A stretch of DNA of 64,000 bases from Chrysomallon squamiferum (Eukaryota; Animalia; Mollusca), in assembly GCA_012295275.1 (NCBI GenBank), contig CM022670.1, positions 10,168,001 to 10,232,000 of the forward strand, given 5' to 3'. Made by a program: the position numbers and the translations under genes. The first letter of the stretch is position 1, and each line of letters starts with the position of its first letter. This document shows, one piece after another, positions 1 to 16,000 of the stretch. The notes beneath the pieces are model-generated. The model had not been told where the DNA came from, did not search any database, and was given only the letters and a program-made list of their open reading frames with translations.

Positions 1-29
1 ACAGAAAGAATGCAGTTTAATGTACTGAC

Positions 30-156
30 GTGAGTAGTGTCTGCTCAGATCCTTTGAGTCCTACAGAACTACCAAGACTAACAACAAGTCTCAGAATTTC
101 CTTTCTAACCAGAGTTCTGCCCTCAGGTGTGTCCTCACTCAACTTCTTGGGTGCTG

Positions 157-214
<58 letters not shown>

Positions 215-2288
215 CAACAATAATAACAGAAGAAATCACAGAAGAAATAACAATATAAATAATATTATTACTGCAAATGAAAGTATAAGATGCAAAAAAG
301 TAAATCTGAGAGGATTCATATAACATCTATTAACTGCTTTGTGTGGAATTATTTCATATAAAGAAATGGGGAAAAAAAGAAAAAAGAAAAAGAAAACCTG
401 ATAGTAGATCACTGAAAACTTTTTTAAAAATTTTTATTCACATTTTTGAGTTTGAAATATTATTACGGTAAGGAAAGATTCTCATGAATCTAATACTTTA
501 TAATCATACTTTATTATTAGAAAGGTGGATGACTATTACAAAATAAACAAGTGATTTGGAAGTATACACCAAGACAAACATTTTCAACAAGCTATTCATG
601 ATTACATTTGTAAATCAAACATTTTAATATAACAAATCATTTTACTAAATCAGTATTTTAAATGTTCAATTGCACGTATTAATAATTTTATCAGTTAACA
701 AAGTTCACTACAAAAATTAAAAAAATTAAATATTCCCTTATTATATGTTACCTGAATCAGAACTTGTTTCACTTGTTCCACTTCCCGGTGTTTCAGAAGA
801 TGCTATGATGCTCTCTCCCCTCGGTCGACTTGTTTTAATGCCCCCTGGAGAGCTGCCTGTATGACCTGTCCCTCCATCGGAATCACAGTCTATAGAGGGA
901 ATTTCTATAATAAATAATTATAGAAAATTTAAAAAAATAATAAATATAAATAAAATTTAAAATATTTAAATTAAATTAAATAAATAAATTTAAAAGAAAA
1001 AAAAATCTTTTAACAAATCACAAACCACAATTATTATGGTGAAGAAAAAATAAATTAATAATTCAATAAAGATTATAAAATACTACTTAAAAAATAAATT
1101 TAAAAAAAAAAAAATAAAATAAAACTGAAAAACTACTGATTTGAAACTCCTAATTATAAATGAAAAACCAGATAATTTGTTTAAAATTTCATGTAATAGC
1201 TCTTTTTATTCTCCACTAATTTGTACCATTTCTTTAATACTTTTGCCCCAATCTTCTCCTCTGACAACACATTTTCATCTTACCATTGTATGCAGGGATA
1301 TAATCTTCTTCTTTGTGTGAGTGATTCGTTCGCCTGCAAACAAGACATATGTCTTCCTGGTGATCCACGATTGAGTCATACTTCAGTGTAGGAACATTAA
1401 CTGTCAATGAATCCTGCTTCACTGAAATTACAGAACAAAACAAAACAAAATGTAGGAGCTATTTAAATGTGATGAAAGAATTAATCTTTTGCAAGAAATT
1501 TATTAGTTTCCAAAGATTTTAAATATTCTGCAGTCTGTTATCCTAATAATAACAAAATGATATATTATGCAGATTATGTAAATGGTAAAAATTAAGGAAA
1601 TTATTTCATAATTATGATTTAGAATAAAAAGTAGCTCCTTTCACTCTAAGCTATTTAAAAATTAAATATTGTATATTCACAAGCACAAAAATGCACCTGA
1701 CATTTATTAAAGAACTTACAATTTAGTTTGCTGTTGTTTTGTGAATATTCATCTTTTGCTGAAACAGTTGACCTTTGATCTTCACCTTCAATGACCTAAA
1801 ATAATAATTTTTAAAACATTTATAATAATGTCTGTAAAGTTTAATAATATTTAGTGTTATGAAATATTACCTCATGCTTTGCTAGAACAAATGCTTAAAA
1901 TAAATAGTCTGATATTAAGAATCTCTTCAGAGACATTCTAATAAATTTCCACAAATGAAAAACAACCATATTAAATTAAATTTAGCCATCATATGGAAGA
2001 AACTTTTAACGTATCACAAAATACACAAGGAAAAATGATAACAAAACATAAATATGTTATAAATTTAAAATGAGCTGGTAACAAAGAACCAATGTTAGGA
2101 TGAACAAGATGAATTTATATGCATTTACTTCAAATATCATGTGGATGTCAACAGGCAGAGTGAGTCCAATGAATCTGTTAGTGGGTTTGTGCACCATGAT
2201 GGCTGATTTGTTGAGTGTGTTGTAAGGACTGACTTGCTGATGTTCATAATCAACCAGGGATGCACAGCTCATATTACTGCGCAGAGTG

Positions 2289-2320
<32 letters not shown>

Positions 2321-5300
2321 GAAGAAGAAGAAGAAGAAGAAGAAGAAACAACAACAACAACAATATAATAAAATCAAAATATAAAAAGAGGCATCGAGAG
2401 AGAGAAGGAAAGAGTCAAAGAAATTAAAAGAGAATGAGAGAGAAAAAGAATCAGAAGAATAATCATCAGTATCAAAAGTAAAAGATTACTAATTTACTAT
2501 ACTAAACATCAGGAATAATAACAGTAACCTCAGCTAGGAAAAATTCATACCAAATTAACAAACACGGTGTAGGAATAATCAAACTAAGTATAGTAATATT
2601 TAATAAATAGGAATTATTACACCAACTAGAAGATCAGTCACATCAAAGAGAGGTTTTCACAACCAGGATTAACAAATATATAAAATATAAGCAATGATCA
2701 CTGAAATAAATGTATTTAAAAATACAAGTTAATTTTACCTTAACAAAGTGTTATCGACACTGTTGTCTGATTCTGAACTGCAAGCTCTGGAAATCAGAGG
2801 TTCTGGGTTTAGAGTGGCATCACCTTCACCTTCAGAACTGTATGTCCTCTGTCGCTTGATATTACGCAGTGTAGCGTAACCAACAGCATCGCGGTAGGTA
2901 GTGAACGTTGCAACAGTTTCACTACACTGACTGATACCCAGTGTCGCTGCTGCTGATCGTCGTCGTAGACTGGGCACTCTAGTCAGGTTCGCTAGCCGTC
3001 GATGAATGGTTGAAGGATGCACCTGATCAATGACATCCAGGTGTAGGGATACTGGTATGGTATTGAGGGATGACGCACTGGCAATTGGGCTGAGAGGCGA
3101 TACCGTCAATGTGGGCATCAGTCCAGAGTCACAAGAACTGATTCCACTTGTGGTCGAGTCAGTGTTAAAACTGCTAGTCCTGCTTTTGCTTTTGTGCGAA
3201 CTTTCACTGCTGCTGCGGTCTTCGCGAACCACAGATGTGCTACCAAGCTTGAAAGAAAATTTCTCTCTGCCCTTGTCGTCAGTGTCTGGTGAGGGACTCC
3301 CCACTGAGAACATGAACTTGTTTTCTTTCTGGGGATCTGAAGGTGATGCATCACTCTCTGATCCTTGAGTCTGATGCATGAATTTGGCACTGTCTTCAAT
3401 CACAGATGAGTTTTGATTCTGAGAGGAATCTGTTGTTTCCAGTGTTTTTCTATCCACCAGACACTCACTGGAATTGTGTGTCTGAGTTTTGTCGTTTGGT
3501 TTCTCTGAGAGGGACTTCGCTGGCACCGAATGGTACCGGTGAAACTCAGTTGTGTCTGAAACTAACGTCCTACCCCCAGGCAAACTCTTCACTGAGTGTC
3601 TGAAGGACTCTGGCACTTTGTCGTTCACAAGAATGGGAATGTTCAGCGACTTCATAGAATGAATTTCTGTTTTATCACAGGAACAGTTTTGATCAGCGTT
3701 ATCACCCTTCTCCTCTTCTTCAATGAAAGACAACTGTGTGCTTCCAGAAATCTGAAATTTATCACCATCTGTTTTGAAAGCACTATGGAAACTGGCACAA
3801 CTGTCACTAAGGTATCCACGACACTGGAACGGGAAACAACTACCTTCATCCATAACTGGCCAGAGATCTTCTCTTGTCCTGCACATTGATTCCCATCCAT
3901 ACTGTGCAAGAATTTCAGTCCCCTTGCGAGTGGAAGCCAAAAGGCCTAGCACATAGAAGGCAGTCCTATGAAAGGAGAAATAATATTATAAGTATACACA
4001 AAAAATCTTCTGTTACCAAACACACACTCAGTTACATTTCTCATCTGAAAAAGAAACCATGGTGGATTTGTAATCATAATTATCCTTTTAATAAAACAAA
4101 AAGGTTTTTTAAACATCTATATTTAAACAGCATTTAAAAATATATTCTTTTCAAAATGTCTGTTTAAAACTGTATACTTTAAAGATTCAAAGAGTAAAGT
4201 GAATTACCCTCTAATAGAGAACACTCCACATTCCTCAGCTAATCGAATGAACTCTGGAATCAAATTTTCTCTGTCCAAAAATGTAACACCTTCCACAGAA
4301 ATTCCTAGATGACCCTGAGTAATAACAACGACAACAACAATAATAAGATGAATAAGAAGAATAAAAATAAAAATAAGGAGGATTATAAAAATAATAAATT
4401 AGTTCAGCATAAAAACATTTCCTTTAACAATATTGTCAATACATTGCATGGATCTCAATCATCATATTTAATTATTCTACAAATGAGCTATAACTGGCAA
4501 GATGAGTAACAGATCTATTGTTGCAGAGGTTTTCCATTCTAGCCAAAATTTCATATCTGACAAATCACTAACCATGTACAAGAAAAAAATCCCTGGCTTC
4601 TAATCTAGCACACAGAATAGTGACAAAAAGTTTTCTTCACAATGATGCAGTATAAAAATTCTGATCCTAATGACTGCTAATAAAGTATGTTTATGGGTAT
4701 TAAACATAACTTCATTCAGGTTTTTTGGGGGGCAAAATAGACATGTATTTTAAAATATATTTTAGTTAATATTTCAGACTTGACTGAGAACTCACCAGAG
4801 ACCACAAAGCAGTTTTCAGTTTGAGGATGTGTTCATCAGTCAACAGTTCCAAACTTCGTACATACTGGACATATTGGTGTACACACTCCTGTAAATTAAT
4901 CAAATTAATACACTATTTAAATTGTTAAATCATGATAAAATAAAAGGTTAAAAAAATAAAGTAAACAAATAAATTGGTTGGTTAAGAATTACACTTAATG
5001 GCTAATTTACTGATGAATCAGAAAATAAATTTTCATAATTTTCTCATAAGGCATTTTAAGTTAAAAATGACTGATATATTTGGCTCAAAGAAGAAAATAT
5101 TTTATTTCCAAAACACAAATTATCTGGAGTTAAACAAAATAACTGTTACTTCAACATTTGGCTAACTATCCAGAATTAATCATTTTGAACCAGGATTATA
5201 TTTTAGAAATGGATTTTTAAATATTTTTCAAACGTATTGTTAAATATGTTACCTCTTTCTTGAGAATGTCAAAACCTTCTTCATGCATGGTTAACTGACC

Positions 5301-8300
5301 ATAAAGATGCATGGGAAGAAACACATCCTTCTGGGGTCGTCTGGGAAAAAAAGTATTTATTGAATAACACATACACAGACACACAAACACAAAAAAATTA
5401 AATAAAATAAAAAAATAAACAAAAATAAACAAAGTAAACATCAATCATTTCAAAAGAAAAACTGTAAAAAACCACCTGTTCATCAATAAAATAATATGAA
5501 AATTCATTATGATAAATAATTAATATGTTTTGATAATTACTCACTCCACACATTTTAATTATCAATAAAATGGTATCATGTGGTTAAAAACCGATAGAAA
5601 ATAGCACATCAGGCATTCTTACAAAGACTGATCATATAACACTTCACAAATGGATCTAACCACAGGCTCACAGCCACATTTTATATAAACACATAATGAA
5701 ATAAATAGTTAACATTTTCACTATTTAGTATTGCCCTTGCTAAACTCACTTTTGTATTGAACGTCTTGTGAATGAACCTTCGTATGTCTTTTCGTATGTT
5801 GTCAATGCTTCATTCAGCATTTCTTCCACAATCAGAACATATCTTGTATTGAATATCTGCATAAAAAAAATTAACAATAAAAATCACATTTAATAAAAAT
5901 CACATTCAAATAATGAAACGTTTCTAAATCTTTTGGTGGAAGTATGTCTGACTGCATCAATTTATTAACTGTATATAATTTTATAAAATTTCAGATTGTA
6001 ACACATTTTTTTATTTTATTATTTTTTTTTGGTTATGCGATAAATTTATTTTATTTCATGCTATACAATCTTATTTTTATCTATTTTACAACTGTATTGT
6101 AATTATAATGAACATCTAGTATATATCAGACCTTTTTCCACTTCTCAAGCTCATGCATAACAAAGTTGGCATCCATGAGAGACTTGAAACCTCGTGGGAC
6201 CGAGAGAAATCGACACAACATCATGATTCCTCGATCACCAAGATGTAACAAAGATGGCTGCAACTTGATCAGATATTCTAGATTATCCTTTGAAAAAAAC
6301 AATAATTATTATTTTAATGTAATAAAAATAAAAAGTAAATAAGAAAGAAAAAACAAATCTTCAAAAAGAAAAAAAAAAAAAATCTTTAAATTAATTCTTA
6401 AAAACAGAAAAGAAAGGAGGCACGAGATAAGTTTTCTTTTTCAGTACAAGACATTTAATCAAATTATATTTTCTATAGTTCTTACCCTTTCTTCACAAGC
6501 CTCATCTAGAATAGTCAGTGCTGAATTAGCAACCATCTGACTTGGGTCGTAGAGCTGGGTGACAAGGAACTCAATACCCCACACTGAAAATGCAGCAATA
6601 CCCGTTCTTAACAGCACCCGCAGAAACTTTGTACTGTACAGTCGACCAGACTGTAAATTAAAAAAGAAAATAATAATATATATTTATTTATTAATGTGCT
6701 TTCTTTAATATCACATAATAATTTTTTTAATTTTCATATATGATGAGAAAATCTCAATTTTAAAAAAACAGTAGTAATAAATTAATAAATAATGAAAATA
6801 CTGCCATGCTATCAAAAACACATGCATCTTAAAAAATAAAACCGAAAAAAAACAGATGAAAACCTTACATTGTTTCATTATAATTTATCAGGTTAATTTT
6901 TTTTTTTTTTTTCCAATGTGGTAGGTAAATACAAATACTGTATTTAAAAAAGTAAAATACATACCTCTGAGGAAGCTGTAAGTGCTTTTGACAGAATACA
7001 GCGAGCAGACCCTTCCCTGGAAAAATTCAAACTGGCCACAGCAAGCTTGATGTAGATATCTTGTGTGTTTGGACCTATGAGATCCAAAAGGCTGGAACAA
7101 AGAAAAATATAATATACACAGAATGTACAAACAAATACACACACACACACAGAATCAGACATGCATGCACATACATCAAATCTCCTTTTTAAAAAATTAT
7201 AGCAAATATTTTAATAATTTGTCATTACCAAATTGCTGATTACTATACTATCACTGATTGCAAAAATATCGAACTTTCAGCTTAATAATAATGTTCACCT
7301 GAAAATTCTTATATCAGTCAATTTATTGTAATGCCAGCAAAAGATGGATCAAATCATTAGACCTCCACAATGCACGACTACCTGAGTACCTCCTGTCTAG
7401 TACACAAAGCTCTTGGTGTATTTTATTATGTACAGGTAAAAGATACCTTTGTTAATTGAGATAAAAATTATCAATAAAATTATCAAATGTGATACAGCTA
7501 TTAAACAGAACCTTAAATTGTTTTCACTACTTTTCTTTTCAGGAAGATTTTTTTTTTTGTCTCTTACTTTTGAAAGATGCCACTTTTTTCAAGAAAGCGT
7601 TCTCCTCGCGGTGTTAGAGAGAATCGTCCAATGAAGAGAAAGTAGTATCGACTAAGGGAATGGTGCACACTGTTCATTCCAAATATCGACTCTGGAGCAA
7701 CTCTGTTAGATGACAGCTGAATCACAAAATTTAAATTTAGTAGTTAAAAAAAATAAAAAACATATTTGTTTATTTATATATTAACAAATGAAAATTTTAA
7801 ATGTTTATTTATCCAGAGATGTGAATGTACCATTCAGCTAAACATATTTCAGATTTACATGTTCATTTATTTATCATTATCTGTAAAAGTTAATTTAGTA
7901 GGAGTAAATGAAAAGTTAAAGAAAACAAAACAATTTTTAAATATTAGGACTAACTTTTAATAATATATTCTTTTTATTAAAGTGGAAAAATAAATTAATA
8001 AATAAATAAATATGGGGAATATTTTTAAATCTGCAGTCATAATTAATTATCTCAAAAAGGAAACTTTACAAATATTATAGGGGCTTGATTTTATTTGTCC
8101 TTTTTCTGAAATCAACTCAATGATAGATTTAACAATTTACATTCATAGACCATCTTTTGTTCCAGTCATTTTCATAAATGTAGAAATGGTGAAAAAAAGA
8201 AAGAATAACAATAAACAAACCTCATATAGACAGTGGGCAATATCACTCAGCCAATCAGTTATGTGTTTCTGTGCTTCATCCTACAAATGAAATATACAGA

Positions 8301-8412
8301 CATATAAAAGAACAGCAAAATTATTTTTAGAAATTATGAATATATTTCTCATAGAATGCAGAGAGGGAGCCAGAAAAGCAGTCACTTAATATCTTTTAAA
8401 AAACAATATTTA

Positions 8413-8451
<39 letters not shown>

Positions 8452-9987
8452 ATAATAAAAAAAAATTTTTAAAAGAAAATCTTAGAAATTATAATTTGAA
8501 TAATACTTGATTGAATGTGTGTATTTCTAATTTATGCTCCTTTATTATTATTATTTTTGAATTGTTAACTTTACAATGGTAGCTATGTCACACATACTGA
8601 ATATAAAGATAGAAAATAATTTTGTTTTCTTAAAAATCTAATTTATTTCAACCGATTTTACTGGACATGTATCATACATAATGATAATCTGCTATGAAAA
8701 ACACATACAAGTAATTAAATCCATACCTGATGTGATTTTATTAAGAAATCTATGAACTGACAGCCAATTTCACACAATTTTTTAGCGTCCTCATTTTTAT
8801 AGTCCATACGAGAAAACTGATCATTTGTTGGTTTGTAGAATACAATCAGTTTCTTGACAATTCTAAAACAAAGAAGTACACATAATATAAATATGAAGAT
8901 TTTACTGATGTATTTCTTACTTTTTTGTAAAAAGTTTTATTTATCTCACAATGGCATACCTTTATTAATGAGAAAAAATGTTCCTGGTTTACCTTTGTTC
9001 TACAGTGGCAGTGTATAAATTTAATGATGATTGAAATAAAAGAACTATTTTCATGAAAAGCATGTTAAATTATCTGTACACTAAATGTGAAAATATTTTT
9101 TTTAATCCAAATAAACTTTTACTTGCCAAAAATCAAACAACAAAATTGCTTAATTACGTTTCAGGTACCACTCATATAAACTTTTTAATGAAATTAAATC
9201 CTATTTAATATATACTGTGATAAATTTTTTTAAATATTATATAAAGTTGTAATTTGCTAAAGATTAGCTTTGATCAATAATACAGAATTTAAACAAACCT
9301 GATAACATTTTGGTCATCTAGTTTTCGTAATTTATCATCTGGCCACTGAAATAAAATAAAAACATTTAAAAGATACTTGATACTGCAATTTGAAATAAGA
9401 TACCATGGAGCAACACCAACTATTTGTTCATTAAACTCAAGTATCCTTAGTTAACAATTACAAACTGCAAACTTATCAAAAGAATCAGTGCTAATGTAAA
9501 ATAAAATAAAATAAAATAAAATAAAATAAAATAAAATAAAATAAAATAAAATAAAATAAAATAAAATAAAATAAAATAAAATAAAAATAAAAACAAATCA
9601 GCATCAAAATAAAAACAGAAAACAGAAAACAACACCACACCACAGTAAAATACAATAAATAAATAAGTAAATGAATAAATAACCAAAACCAAAAACACCA
9701 AACAGTAACCCAAAAAATCACATTTCCAACATAGTACAGCAACAAGCAGAAATATTTGGGCTGAGAATTAAAAATTAGCCAAGAATTTTTGAACGATTTA
9801 TGCAGAAACAGTTACCTTCAACAAAGCACCAATGAGATCCCAGTCCCAGCACTTGCTGTCTTTGTTTCCTATAACCTGAGTGTCCCGCACAGCTTGAGCC
9901 AAGAGATCATCAGCCAGCGACTAAATAAATAAAAAAATAAACAAGTAAGTATATAATAAATAAAAAAAATTGTAAGTAAATAGGCAA

Positions 9988-10018
<31 letters not shown>

Positions 10019-13000
10019 GTAAATAAATAAATAAATAAATAAATAAATATACATGTATATAAATAAATAATTAAGTAATAAAAAATAATGTATCTAAATC
10101 AGTAAATAAATCAGGAAAACATAAGCAAGTAAATAAATAAATAAATAAGTAAATAATACAATTGCAGTTTTTTAAAATTATATTTCATAAAGTGAAAAAC
10201 TAATAAACTTCAACCAAAGGTGAAGGAACATGACATAATAATATAATTTTGTTTTTCTTTCTGAATGACTAACAATTTGAAATATTTACTGAACCGTATC
10301 TCAAGAATATACAATTAATTTGTAATAAATTAAAACACACACACACACGCACATTAAATATTTAAACACTTGTGACTGATACGTCTTTAAAAAATAATAA
10401 CTATAAATACCTTTGTGAAATACAGTTCCGATAAACTGTCTCTTCTCACATGCCAGTGTCTACCGACAAACTCGATGAATTTCCCAGCATGCTGCAGGAG
10501 CTGGTCGAGAAAGAGGCTGTGTGGAACAGGTCCACGTTTCTTCAGTGCGTGAAAATGTGCTAGATTTGTGACTGCCTGACTTGCCTGCCTTTTGTAATAA
10601 AAGAATTTTAAAATTTAAAATATAATAATAAATCACATGGAAACAAGTAGTTGGTATGCATTTTTGAATCATAAAGCTAGTGCCACACAATAAAAATATC
10701 TCAAACCAAATCTTGTGAAATTTAAAAGATTGAGACAACCAGTGTCTTTATAGTTATATGATCGATCTCTTCAACATTCTAAGTTCACTAATTAAATTCT
10801 TTTTGTCCAAGAATCCACTATGGACAATGAATTCTTATTATGACTAAATCACAAACTGTAATCAAATACATTTACCTTGATATGTAAAATTTCTAGATAA
10901 ATGTATTTCAAAATATAAATAAAAAATGTTTTGTCAATCAGACATAAAAATAAATAAATAAATAAATGAATAATAAAAAAAAAAAACATAATAAAAAACC
11001 AACACCAAAACCCATAAACAATTTTCAACTTCTTAAAGTATTTACAAATCTTGGCTACATTACATCTTTTAATTTGTTTCAATACGTACTGTCGCTTTGC
11101 AAGAGGAATTTCAAATGATGATGCCATGGCTATCAAAGTTGGCAAGCAGTGACTATGACTACTGGTTTCTGGAGGGAGTAATCTGTATGCCTGGAGATGA
11201 TAATGTAAAATAATCAAATTTTTATATCAAATAATTAATTATATTTATTAATCAAAGCATTATAAATATGTAAATTAGGGCCTTTTTTCTGATGTTTTAT
11301 TTATTTCCTCAAACTGTAAGAATTCTTTATTCTTATAATTCCTTCAGGACATGAACAAATTTTAAAAAAAAAAAAAAAAAAAATAAAACGTTCAGATAAA
11401 ATATTTGTTGTAACTATAATTTTTTATGGTTCTTAAACGTAAACTGAAATTTCTGTACTAATTGGTTTTTAGTTTTAGAAAAAATTTATTACTGGATCAA
11501 AAACTAGGAAAAGTGATAAAAAATATTTGGCTATCAATTACCTGATTTGAAAAATGCATTTAAAACAATAATTATTTAACTGTTTTAGCTAGCAACAGTA
11601 AAATGTATACACACACTGACAGTTTTACTTACCAAGTGTAGTAGTTCACCCAGCAATATCACAGCTCTGTTGAACAGGGCACCTTCGCTGCTTATCACAA
11701 CTTCTACCAGTGCCTACAAATCAAACTTTCCCATTAAGCATTGGGACATATTTTTGAACTTGCTTATTCCACCCTAACATGATTACTTTCATAACATTTA
11801 CTTTAAACATTTCTGAACAGTTAAACAGACTGTAAAAGTGTAAATACAATCTCTTTTAAGTATAATAATTACCTCCAAGATTCCGGCACTAATCCAGGCA
11901 CTTAAAATCAGTGCTAAATGATTCTCCACAAGATTAGTTCTGAAAAAAAAAAATTATATAAAAAAATAAATAAATAAAGTAAAAATAAATAAAATGAATG
12001 AATGAAAATTGTCATCAACACTTTTAATTTTAATTATCATGTCATATAAAGCTTAGAGTTTTGTACAAAGATACTACAAAGCAGGAAATCTGCAGTTCTA
12101 ATTTTACTGAATACCTTTACTAATAATAATATGGGATATTTATTAATATACAGCTTCCCACTGAAAAAAAAGTGAATCTAGAATGTTGTTTGATATATTT
12201 GTTACTGTTATGAACTGGAATGGGAAAAACAGCCCAAATGCATCACTACTCCAAGTGATTTAAAATGTATTTCATAATTTATTGTTTATAAATCTGACCT
12301 TGTTTTTGCTAAATGAGGTAATATGGATTGTCCTTCTTCTGCCAAAAACCCTTCAGAAAGACGCCATGCTTCCTGTGAATCTCTGCAATCTACAAAATTA
12401 AATTATATTTATTTTATTTCAGTTAGATGATAGATTTCATTTTATGCACATCCTGAATCCTAAATAAACCACCGACTTGAAAAAAAAACATATTTCACAT
12501 ACTTATTTAATGTAACTTCTTATTATTCTTTTTACAAGAACATTCTTATTCATTAATATTAACAAATATTAACAAATAGACAAAATAATGCAAAAAAAAC
12601 CCCCTTATTTATATAAATAAAAGACACCCAGCTGAAACTTAGACCTACATACTAATCTTTAGTTGTATCAAATAGACTACAGCTAGACACTGAAATCACC
12701 TAATAAAATCATTATTTAAAAAACTTGCCGACACTAATAAGAGCAGAGGCAAAGTCTGAAGTCCACTGAGGTAAAGTCAGTCTGAAGAGATCAAACAACG
12801 TTTCCATGATGTTCTTCTGTAACACACAACACTTTACAGTGAACAAATTATAATTATATTTAATGTAAACTGATAAAGCAATATAAATAAACATATAATC
12901 AATCAAATAATGTTTCCACATTTTTCGGTTAACATTATTGCAAACAAATTACAGTTACTTTAAACGTAAATTGATTAACCAACATAAACATATAATGATC

Positions 13001-16000
13001 AAATAATGTTTCCTGTTAATAAAGAAATTTTTAATTTTACTAAACTGCAAATAAATTTGATGAAAACTAATTATGCAGCATAAACATACTGAGGTCATGT
13101 AAATGTTCCACAAACAGTGCAATTTTTTACTTTAATTACATTTAACAAAAAGCGACTAGTTTTATAAAAAATTATGACCGCATAAACAGATGCAAAAATT
13201 ACATTTTTGAAGACTGATAACTTTAACATTACAGTTTGTTTTATTACAAAAGACAATTTAAAATTCTACTCAATGTACCCTGATTTCGTTGTAGGGGAGG
13301 TAGAGTATTCCAATGAGGGACTGCAAACCTGACCCTTCAGGATGACAAAGTCTTATTAAACCTGAAAAAAGAAAATGAAAAAATACTAAGTTTTATATAT
13401 ATAAAATATAAATAATAATACAAATAATAATACTTTAATAGAAACTAAATAAAATAATATATATGATACAGCAATAACAAAAAGTTGTTCATATATACAA
13501 ATGTGTGTATCTGTGTGTGTATAGCCAAAATGAAAGAAAGGTCTGAAGAGCCTGGATTCACATACCAAGTCTGTTAACAGTAGCTTTACTTTCAATATCA
13601 AACATCTTTGCAGATTAAGTACCTACGTCAAGATTCTCTGTATTTGACATATTAGAATCAACATCTAAACAATAAATTATTTCATTTCACACTCTTCAGA
13701 AACATATTCCCAAACCCAGCAGGTTTCAGAAAATTATAGTATCAAGTAGGAAATATTTTCAGAGAATTTTGGACGATGCATGTCCTGTGTGCTGAGTCAC
13801 GTTTTAAGTGCTGGTAGAATAAAATGTGTTGTGCTGTGCTGTGTGTTGTCTATTTAACAGAGATGTGTCAATAATATTTGACTTCAGTACACTGTTTTCC
13901 TCTCACCAGGCCAGGACCGCATCATGCAGATTAGTGCCAGTTTTCCTGCTATAAACCTCACCTCAGTGTCGTCACTGTAAATAATAATAATAATAATAAT
14001 AATAAATAATAATAATAAACAATAAACAGTAATAATAATTATTATAATAATAATAATAATCAATAATAATAATAAACAATAATCAAATAACAAATAAATA
14101 AATAATCATCATAACAACACCATTTCAATACATTATTCCTAAAAATTTAAATATGTAAAGATAAATTTTCAGAAAAACACACAATTTAATGTTTTATAAA
14201 ACAATTTTAGTAGCTCATTTTAAAGCCTAAATTATTAAAACTGCTTTATTTACTAAGCCCTTTGCCATGTATTTAATTAACATGAGTTTGGACTGGAATA
14301 ATTTCATTTTAAGTTTTGAATCTGAAAGCAAGCATGAATACACACATGTAAAAGACTGAACTGATAACAAAAATTAATTTTTTCTGAAATTAATTTATAC
14401 TCTGTCATGTTTACTGAAGGATTAATATCTTACTTTTGATGGTGGTCAGTCTCTCCACTGTATTTGAAGTGACAGTCTGTGAATGGTGCCAAGAGTTGCT
14501 AGAGAAATAAACAATGAAATAAAAATACTATTCAGAAAATCAAAGCAAAATAAAATTGGTAGCTATCATTTTTGTAGTATCCTAATATTTTTATTTTTAA
14601 GCCTAGGAAAATTTAGAAAGAAGTTTGGGCAAAATAACTCACGAGATTCAAAAGGATGATATATCATATGTAAGGAATCAACAGTTAACTCGAGAGAATG
14701 ACATCACTTTTACACATTACAGAAGTTATAAAAAAAATTAAAACAAAAATTTACATTCCACATCAACAACAATATAGCATAAATTAAAGTGGCCTTTTTT
14801 CTTCGTTTTTTTTGTTGTTTTTTTTTTGATGTATCTGTTTTACATTTTAACCTTGGAAAATTAAAATTTCTAAGTTTTTATCATGATAATAATATAAGAA
14901 TAAATCTGTTTTGCTTACCTCCAGATCTGTATTTGCTTTGATATAATGCCGAGTTCTTGGGTGGTTCAGTAGATACAGAACAGAGCATACCAATGACTCG
15001 TTTAAACGTGGGTACTGGTGGGAATCGAGAATGTTCTGCAACAGACAATTCACTCCACCACATCTTGACAATAGACTTATGTTTGATATTGCTGAAATTA
15101 AACAAAAAAGATTTTTTTTAAAAACATTAATATTAATTCTCAGGTGTCTGATATTTCAATTATTTGACGAAAAGTGCATTTTATTAAACATATTATAAAG
15201 TAGCTTATGCAATTAAACTGACACACGTATTTATTTAAAATAAACAAGTATACTGCAATGCTTTTATTTTCTTTAAACTATCTCATTTAGCATTACCAGT
15301 TATTAAGATATTTGAACTTTATATAAACAACTAAAATAATACATAATATTACTAGTTATTAAGATATTTAAACTTTATATATACAAATAAAATAATACAT
15401 AAGAAAGATTTAATTGTACCGATTTGATTATAAATGACAAATGCAAACAGACGATTGTTAAAATGTGTTGCTTAATTTAGACTGATCAGCATAAGATGAT
15501 AAATATACAAACTTACATACACACCGACACCCACATACAAACACAGAAAGACAACCTTAAACACATCCATAAATACTTTTCTGTTTTTAAAAAGAACGTA
15601 CCAATTTCACAAATTGTGGCCAGACATACTCGTAACAATCTATCTCGTTCACTGGCACCATCGTTCCCAATTGAGATCAGAGGAAATACAAATGATGAAG
15701 GTAGTTTATGAGGATCTATCTGAACAATCTTTCTTATCAACTTTATCGCATGAATTCTCTCAATCTCGTTGTCTAGACAAGTATCAAGGCATCTGAAAAA
15801 TAAATCACATTTAGTTAGCACACAGACACCTTATGCATGTGCAGATTCCAGAATTTTCTTTTTTTGTAAAGCTAACACATGATAATATTTACAGGTTTTA
15901 AAGTATTTAACAACAGTTTTATTAAATCAAAAACATCAAAAATTATCTTATGTATTAGCTGTATTTTAACAATATATATACCAGCACATACATACTTTAG

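Noticed and set aside
17-326. Poly-Leu, poly-Asn and poly-Ile ORFs here and at 2057, 9447-9745, 13884, 28372, 34957, 55279, 61843-62247 and 62837
   Set aside because: Translations of microsatellites; only the embedded exon portions are real.
3030-4137. Overlapping plus-strand and alternate-frame ORFs over the large RICTOR exon
   Set aside because: Shadow ORFs of a GC-richer coding exon, with no independent signals.
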